A DNA stretch of 12,341 nt, from the NCBI GenBank assembly GCA_046758505.1, contig JBHIAH010000080.1, positions 1 through 12,341 on the forward strand, written 5' to 3'. The stretch comes from Candidatus Methylomirabilales bacterium (GTDB lineage: Bacteria > Methylomirabilota > Methylomirabilia > Methylomirabilales > CSP1-5). The position numbers and the translations under genes were made by a program. Positions 1 through 4,585 of the stretch are shown in pieces; the stretch's first letter is position 1, and each line of letters starts with the position of its first letter. Under the pieces are notes generated by a model. The model saw only the letters and a list, made by a program, of their open reading frames with translations. It was not told where the DNA came from and did no database searches.

Positions 1-18
1 TTTGAGAGCACATACAGC

Positions 19-60
19 AAATGACAAGTCGCAAGCCTGACCCCCCGTCGCCCCCCGTCG
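19..60 (-). repeat. GGGGTCAG-headed REP-like motif with adjacent 10-bp tandem duplication
   Basis: The minus strand of 19-44 reads GGGGTCAGGCTTGCGACTTGTCATTT. It overlaps a perfect tandem repeat CCCCCCGTCG x2 at 41-60. It resembles, from memory, repeats found near HUH/RAYT-type Y1 nucleases. Confidence 0.5.
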
Positions 61-174
61 TGATCAAGCCGCCTGTCATCGGGAGTTCCTTTCCACCCCA
101 ATAGCTTGTGGCCATTCATACGTAACCAATTGAAAACACAGCATTCTAGTAATTCATGCCTCATCTCGCCGTCA

Positions 175-227
175 GTTGACAAATGCCTGAGATAATGTTT
201 ACAATACTGCTCGTAAATGTTGACAAT
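175..227 (+). promoter_or_regulatory. Distal sigma70-like promoter with three TT(G/T)ACAA boxes at 22-bp spacing
   Basis: TTGACA 176-181, N18, TACAAT 200-205. Boxes TT(G/T)ACAA start at 176, 198 and 220. Confidence 0.65.
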
Positions 228-348
228 ACGCGGTTGGCACTTTTGCTCCCGCTGATCCGCAGTGCAGATCAACGACTTGCACCGATCAATGATCCGTGGC
301 AGTATTCATTTCTAACTTATGGAAAAAATTGAGTTTTCATCGGTTGAT

Positions 349-422
349 ATTGACAAATTGCCTCGACAATGTTTACAATACTGATGGTAGATGTTGACAA
401 TGCGGATTCATCACGTTAACAA
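349..422 (+). promoter_or_regulatory. Proximal sigma70-like promoter with four TT(G/T/A)ACAA boxes at 22-bp spacing; duplicate of 176-227
   Basis: TTGACA 350-355, N18, TACAAT 374-379. Boxes start at 350, 372, 394 and 416. 350-401 matches 176-227 at 43/52 positions without gaps. Confidence 0.7.
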
Positions 423-454
423 AGGTGGCACGACCTAGGAGGCGTACTTTACCT

Positions 455-1522
455 ATGCGAGGGCCCAATAGACATGGAAAAGAGATTAGGGAGTTCATTA
501 TTCAGAGTATCCCGGACCATCCTCGCGACGTCGTCAGCGTCGTCAGCAAACGGTTTGGAGTATCTAGACAGGCAGTAAACAGGCACATTAGGGAGCTCTT
601 GGCAGAAGGTTACATCACCGCCGAGGGCAAGACTAGACAGCGTGAGTACTCACTAAAGGTGCTCCGTGACAAGAACTTCACGGTGCCGTTGAAAGGCCTC
701 GCGGAAGACCAAGTCTGGCGTAGCGAAATCGTACCACTCCTGAAGGACTTGCCAGGGAACGTTCTAGACATCTGGCATTACGGGTTCACGGAGATGGTTA
801 ATAATGCGATCGACCACTCAGGTGGTCATTTTTTGACAGTTGCCATGAAAATGAATCCACTCACTACAAGGGTTTCTCTGCATGACGACGGCATAGGCAT
901 TTTTCGGAAAATAAAGGAAGAATTGCATCTTGAGGATGAACGGCACGCAGTATTGGAACTCGCGAAAGGCAAGCTGACAACGGACCCAGAGAGGCACACG
1001 GGGGAGGGAATCTTTTTTACATCACGTATGATGGACTATTTTGCGGTCCTGTCTGGCGACGTCTATTTTTCACACGAATTCGGCAGAGAGGAGGACTGGA
1101 TCCTAGAGCGGGACCGGCCAGACACCGGCACATCAGTTTTTATGGATCTAGCCAATAATAGCGAACGAACGGATCAAGAGGTGTTTGATCGTTTCGCCTC
1201 CGATGAGGAAGACTACGGGTTTACGAGGACCGTTGTCCCTGTTCGGCTAGCTCGCCATGGTGCCGAAAAGCTAGTGTCCAGATCCCAAGCCAAGCGGCTA
1301 CTTGCTAGAGTAGACCGATTTAAGACAGTGATATTGGATTTCAAAGAGATTGATTCGATCGGTCGGGCGTTTGCGGATGAGATCTTTCGCGTATTTGAGC
1401 GGAACAACCCAGGCATTCTCCTCATTCCTACCAACACAGTTCCCGAAGTGGAGAAGATGATCGCGCTTGCACGACGGAACCGTGAAGGAGGACTAGTTGC
1501 CACTCCGGCAAATCAGGAATAA
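455..1522 (+). CDS. Winged-HTH + HATPase_c (GHKL) + C-terminal STAS-like (DUF4325-type) protein, ~355 aa
   Basis: HTH segment VSKRFGVSRQAVNRHIRELLAEGYI; GHKL N-box EMVNNAIDHS, G1 box DDGIGI and G2 box GEGIFF; C-terminal LVSRSQAKRLL...VILDFKEIDSIGRAFADEIFRVF typical of DUF4325. AGGAGG at 437-442 favours ATG 455 over GTG 425. Confidence 0.85.
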   Translation: MRGPNRHGKEIREFIIQSIPDHPRDVVSVVSKRFGVSRQAVNRHIRELLAEGYITAEGKTRQREYSLKVLRDKNFTVPLKGLAEDQVWRSEIVPLLKDLPGNVLDIWHYGFTEMVNNAIDHSGGHFLTVAMKMNPLTTRVSLHDDGIGIFRKIKEELHLEDERHAVLELAKGKLTTDPERHTGEGIFFTSRMMDYFAVLSGDVYFSHEFGREEDWILERDRPDTGTSVFMDLANNSERTDQEVFDRFASDEEDYGFTRTVVPVRLARHGAEKLVSRSQAKRLLARVDRFKTVILDFKEIDSIGRAFADEIFRVFERNNPGILLIPTNTVPEVEKMIALARRNREGGLVATPANQE

Positions 1523-1545
1523 AATCAGGGACAGATCTATTTTTT
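1510..1545 (+). repeat. GGGACAG-headed REP-like motif with short upstream duplication
   Basis: AAATCAGG occurs at 1510-1517 and 1522-1529, running into GGGACAGATCTATTTTTT directly after the stop codon. It marks the switch from lower to higher GC. Confidence 0.45.
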
Positions 1546-1648
1546 GTCGTCCTTTCTGGGCCGGCCTCGCCTGCGGCGGGAGCTGGGGGGGAAACGGGGA
1601 CGTTAGGGAGGAGAGCGATCGTCGACGGATGGAGATGGGTGCGGGAAA

Positions 1649-1957
1649 CTAAACCTTCTTCCGAGCAAGCCGTCCTTTTTTTGCGCGCGGCATGGCCTTG
1701 ATCCGCGCCTCCCGGACCAGGGCCTCGGACCGGGTCAGGCCGTTTTCCTCATAAAGTAGTTCGACCGGCAGGCGGGTCCGGGTGTAAGCGGCGCCCTTTC
1801 CCGCCTGGTGCTTCCTCAGGCGCTCCTGCACGTCCTTGGCGATCCCCGTGTAGTAGGTCCCGCCCCGGCAGCGCAGGATGTAGACCGACCATGTGGTTGC
1901 CTGCCGCCGGGGGTCCTCCGCCATCCGCTGGAGCATCCTCAAGTACTTTGGCTTCAT
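1649..1957 (-). CDS. Small GIY-YIG nuclease family protein (UPF0213/YhbQ-like)
   Basis: WSVYILRCRGGTYYTGIAKDVQERLRKHQAGKGAAYTRTRLPVELLYEE...RSEALVREARIK carries the GIY-YIG motifs, the conserved Arg, HxxGxGAxYT and the catalytic Glu. Confidence 0.9.
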   Translation of the reverse strand: MKPKYLRMLQRMAEDPRRQATTWSVYILRCRGGTYYTGIAKDVQERLRKHQAGKGAAYTRTRLPVELLYEENGLTRSEALVREARIKAMPRAKKGRLARKKV

Positions 1958-1965
1958 ACCCGACC

Positions 1966-1994
1966 ATTATAGCCGATTGAACATGCAAGGTCAT
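1966..1994 (-). promoter_or_regulatory. sigma70-like promoter for the GIY-YIG gene (probably leaderless transcript)
   Basis: Minus strand ATGACC (1994-1989), N17, TATAAT (1971-1966). Only 8 nt separate the -10 from the ATG at 1957 and there is no Shine-Dalgarno. Confidence 0.55.
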
Positions 1995-2025
1995 GCCGCA
2001 AAACTGGGCCAGGCTGATTCAGGTG

Positions 2026-2069
2026 ATGGGGTCGAGTCGCTCTTGACTCATCTCATGAGGAGCTGGCGT
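2026..2069 (+). repeat. GGGGTCGAGTC motif plus direct repeat A, copy 1
   Basis: ATGGGGTCGAGTCGCTCTTGACTC contains the hairpin GAGTC-N6-GACTC. 2039-2069 aligns to 2484-2515 at 26/32 columns. Confidence 0.55.
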
Positions 2070-2156
2070 ATGGCTGCGAACCGGCCGAGCGATCTCACCT
2101 TATTTTTCCGTTCTCCCGATCACACTGCTCATCGCTGGATAATTCCAACGGCAGTC

Positions 2157-2186
2157 TTGACAAAGTCCTTGGAAACCGGCAAGAAT
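2157..2186 (+). promoter_or_regulatory. Possible sigma70 promoter upstream of the small ORF
   Basis: TTGACA 2157-2162, N18, AAGAAT 2181-2186; the -10 is weak. Confidence 0.3.
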
Positions 2187-2219
2187 CAGCGCATCCGTTC
2201 GAAGCGTGAAGATCGCACT

Positions 2220-2444
2220 ATGGAGCTCCCGCAGGTCGATCCACCCGGTTGCACGGAGATACTGCCGGGCTTCCAGGCTCGTCGGCGGCGCTATGCGTGT
2301 ACGGCGCGCGTGGTGGCCACTGCGGTCCTTGCTGTCTTTGTCTTGGTTGCCACCGTGACCACGGTAATCAGCCTCGGTTCCTACTGCCTCACCTCGGACG
2401 GCTCCAACGCCTCAGGCTTGCCTCAGGGCACCCTCAGGCCGTAG
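2220..2444 (+). CDS. Hypothetical single-pass membrane microprotein (74 aa)
   Basis: ATG 2220 opens MELPQVDPPG...; a basic RRRR precedes the hydrophobic run VVATAVLAVFVLVATVTTVISLG (positive-inside pattern). No clear RBS. The ORF-track extension to 1893 overlaps the GIY-YIG gene and is unlikely. Confidence 0.4.
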   Translation: MELPQVDPPGCTEILPGFQARRRRYACTARVVATAVLAVFVLVATVTTVISLGSYCLTSDGSNASGLPQGTLRP

Positions 2445-2483
2445 GGCCGCGCCGTACAGCCCCCGCCCATTGAGCGGCCGGCG

Positions 2484-2515
2484 GCTCTCGACTCATCTCG
2501 TGGGTGAGTCGGCGT
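2484..2515 (+). repeat. Direct repeat A, copy 2 (internal dyad CGACTCA...TGAGTCG)
   Basis: GCTCTCGACTCATCTCGTGGGTGAGTCGGCGT versus GCTCTTGACTCATCTCATGAG-GAGCTGGCGT at 2039-2069. Confidence 0.55.
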
Positions 2516-2592
2516 GTCACCACACATCACCCAAGCCATCGTACCTCGCTTTTACAGCCAACCCTGCTTTTGGGCCGTTTTGGCCAGGCCGA

Positions 2593-2623
2593 AAAAGGGG
2601 TCGGGAGTCTTTTCTTGCCTCGG
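2593..2623 (+). repeat. Direct repeat B, copy 1 (31 bp)
   Basis: AAAAGGGGTCGGGAGTCTTTTCTTGCCTCGG, identical to 3571-3601. Confidence 0.95.
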
Positions 2624-2636
2624 GCACAGCTTTGCC

Positions 2637-2870
2637 GGGGAGACGAACGGCAGGATCCTCAGCAAGGCGTACCTGTGGGCCTTCGCCGAGGACGACAGCT
2701 TCCCGTCGCCGGATGGCGGCTGCCCCTCCTGTACGAGTGATCTGCTGTCTGGCGAGCAGCCGGGCCCAGGACCCGGCCGCTCGCCCGCGGCCCGTCTACT
2801 TCCTGCTCACCGGAACGCACCCGCAGCCGCAATTGCTGCTGGCCGACGGCTGCGACGCCTTGGTCTGTTT
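2637..2870 (+). pseudogene. Frameshifted, 5'-truncated gene relic of unknown family
   Basis: 22 consecutive codons ending in G/C at 2637-2702 (GETNGRILSKAYLWAFAEDDSF). The GC3 bias then moves by -1 (VAGWRLPLLYE) and by -1 again near 2737 (VICCLASSRAQDPAARPRPVYFLLTGTHPQPQLLLADGCDAL). Confidence 0.45.
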
Positions 2871-2907
2871 GATAACTCGCTTGCCCACTTGCTTCACCTC
2901 CCTCTGG

Positions 2908-3372
2908 TCAGGACTTTCTCCCCGCGGGTCGCTTGACCAGAGCGGCCCCGGGGAGAGTTGCGATCTTCTGGGATGGCCCCGCGAGGCACGAGCAGCTTGC
3001 TTCGCTTCGCGGTTGTGCCTGAGGTTGGGACAGGGAGGCGAAGTGTGTCCGCAGTTCCCGCTGCAGGGCCTGGAGATCCTTGATCCGGCCGACGATCTCG
3101 TCGAGCTGGGTGGCGATCAGTTCCTTGAGCCGGGGACGGAGGTGCTCGCAGCTGCCGGTGTCCGCGTAGCGCGTGATCTCTCGGATGCTGGCTAGGGGAA
3201 GGCCCATCTGCTTGGCGCGGCGGATAAACCACAGGCGATCGAGATCCTTCTCTGAGTACACCCGATGCCCCGAGGGTGCACGGGTGGCTTTCGGCAGAAG
3301 GCCAATCGCCTCGTAGTACCTGATTGTCCTGGGGTTAACGCTGCATTTTCGGGCCAGCTCACCGATTCGCAT
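2908..3372 (-). CDS. MerR-family (heavy-metal-responsive type) transcriptional regulator
   Basis: MRIGELARKCSVNPRTIRYYEAIGLL...SGHRVYS...RLWFIRRAKQMGLPLASIREI is a MerR HTH, followed by a coiled-coil dimerisation helix. Cys75 and a C-terminal CSC (127/129). GGAGG lies 5 nt before the ATG. Confidence 0.93.
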   Translation of the reverse strand: MRIGELARKCSVNPRTIRYYEAIGLLPKATRAPSGHRVYSEKDLDRLWFIRRAKQMGLPLASIREITRYADTGSCEHLRPRLKELIATQLDEIVGRIKDLQALQRELRTHFASLSQPQAQPRSEASCSCLAGPSQKIATLPGAALVKRPAGRKS

Positions 3373-3411
3373 GGCAACCTCCCAGGAGAAGATTCCTCAC
3401 CTGTCGCTCAA

Positions 3412-3442
3412 AATATAGGTCTTCCAGCGACTGGAAATGCAA
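3412..3442 (-). promoter_or_regulatory. MerR-type promoter/operator (19-bp spacer with dyad) oriented into the merR-family gene
   Basis: Minus strand TTGCAT (3442-3437), 19 bp, TATATT (3417-3412). The spacer contains the dyad TTCCAG-N3-CTGGAA (3422-3436). Confidence 0.75.
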
Positions 3443-3570
3443 GGGATTTTTTCAGGGCCTTGGGCGGCGGCGTGCAAGAATCTGAGTGAAAGGGAATCGT
3501 CAGGAGAGTTAGGTGAATTCTCCGGCAGCCTCGCCTCCACCGTACTGATCCGATGGCCCACCCGTAAGGG

Positions 3571-3601
3571 AAAAGGGGTCGGGAGTCTTTTCTTGCCTCG
3601 G
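3571..3601 (+). repeat. Direct repeat B, copy 2 (31 bp)
   Basis: Identical to 2593-2623, 978 bp downstream. Confidence 0.95.
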
Positions 3602-3821
3602 ACATGCGGCTCCGAGGGTGGGCAGCGCGGCAGAAGAGAAGTCTACTCGTAAGTATACTGCTCATAAATAGACTTTCGCCTCCTCAGTCATTCAGCCAAA
3701 GGAGGTAGGAGGACGCGGGCAGGAAATTCGTTCCCAACCGAGCCCTCTTGACTGTATCATACTGAGAATCACCAAACGGACGGGGCAAGTCACCGATCGG
3801 ATCGGACAGGAGGAGGGAACG

Positions 3822-4235
3822 ATGAGGCGGGGGAGCGAGTACGGCATCACGGTGTTGCGGGTCACCTTGGGTATCATCTTTTTAATGCATGGCTACTTAG
3901 CCGGCTTTGTCTTCACTCCCGCCGGCGTGACCGCCTTCAACGCCAAGATGGGCATTCCGCTACCGGCGGTCATGGCCTGGTTCGTCATCCTCGGCCATTT
4001 CCTGGGTGGGGTCTCCCTCGTCCTGGGGTACCTCACCCGCCTCGGCGCCCTGGTCCACGTCGTGATCATGGGGGGCGCAGTCCTCTTCGTGCATGTCGGC
4101 CAGGGCTTTTTCCTCCACGGGCTCGAGGGGGGCAACTACGGCGGGTACGAGTACGCGCTGGTCCTCCTCATGGCCTCGATCGCCGTCCTCATCACCGGGG
4201 GTGGCCCGCTTGCCCTCGACGGTTCGAAACGCTGA
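3822..4235 (+). CDS. DoxX-family membrane protein
   Basis: LRVTLGIIFLMHG...LGGVSLVLGYLTR...H...GFF...GYEYALVL...GGGPLALD pattern with four hydrophobic segments. GGAGGAGG RBS upstream. Confidence 0.88.
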   Translation: MRRGSEYGITVLRVTLGIIFLMHGYLAGFVFTPAGVTAFNAKMGIPLPAVMAWFVILGHFLGGVSLVLGYLTRLGALVHVVIMGGAVLFVHVGQGFFLHGLEGGNYGGYEYALVLLMASIAVLITGGGPLALDGSKR

Positions 4236-4365
4236 TCGCCATCACGACGCAGCGCGCCTGTGGGGGAATGGAACGGCCCCGCGCAGGGTTCTGGTACTCC
4301 GGAAACAGGCCGGCCGTGTCCGGGGCCGCCCTCACAGCCAGGGACTGTCCTGAGCGAAAACCTCC

Positions 4366-4394
4366 TTGCCGCCCCGTCCCCGGTGTGTTATGGT
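4366..4394 (+). promoter_or_regulatory. Putative sigma70 promoter of the mrp operon
   Basis: TTGCCG 4366-4371, N17, TATGGT 4389-4394 with extended TG at 4386-4387. The inverted repeat GGTCCG/CGGACC (4392-4417) overlaps the predicted start site. Confidence 0.5.
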
Positions 4395-4399
4395 CCGTC

Positions 4400-4585
4400 C
4401 CGTTTTGGCCCCGGACCTTCCCGAGCATTCTGAAGCTCCGGCGCGGAATCCCAACAGCAGGCCACAATGCGCAGATCGGGGAAAGGCATGGCGGTTTCCC
4501 ACATGCCTCTCGGCAGGCGTCTTCGGTCGAACCCTGTTGAGGGGTTTATGCCCGGGGGCGTGAACGCGAGGCCTCGGAGGAGCAG
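4400..4585 (+). promoter_or_regulatory. Long structured 5' leader of mrpA (candidate cis-regulatory RNA)
   Basis: About 185 nt lie between the predicted promoter and GTG 4586. Stems AGGCATG/CATGCCT (4484-4508) and TCGGCAGG/CCTGTTGA (4510-4540). CCTTCCCGAG (4416-4425) is complementary to both 4476-4486 and the SD region 4573-4580. Confidence 0.35.

Noticed and set aside
175..422. CRISPR array or plasmid iteron origin interpretation of the periodic repeats
   Set aside because: The conserved units are only ~8 bp with a 22-bp period and no repeat-spacer architecture or cas genes. There is no Rep gene, and the boxes coincide with -35/-10 hexamers, favouring an operator array.
2470..3195. 241-aa and 140-aa (2514-2936) plus-strand ORFs as intact genes
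   Set aside because: They read through repeat B and overlap merR. Coding-like bias is confined to short segments in different frames, which is better explained as a pseudogene relic.
1..3601. Classical integron (attC cassettes) or IS element
   Set aside because: No integrase, transposase or terminal inverted repeats, and I could not identify RYYYAAC...GTTRRRY attC structures at the gene ends.
4441..4575. c-di-AMP (ydaO) riboswitch in the mrp leader
   Set aside because: Only scattered fragments (GAAUCC, CGGGGAA, CGAACCC) are present; the GGGGUGAAU and CAGCUAAC elements I would expect are absent.
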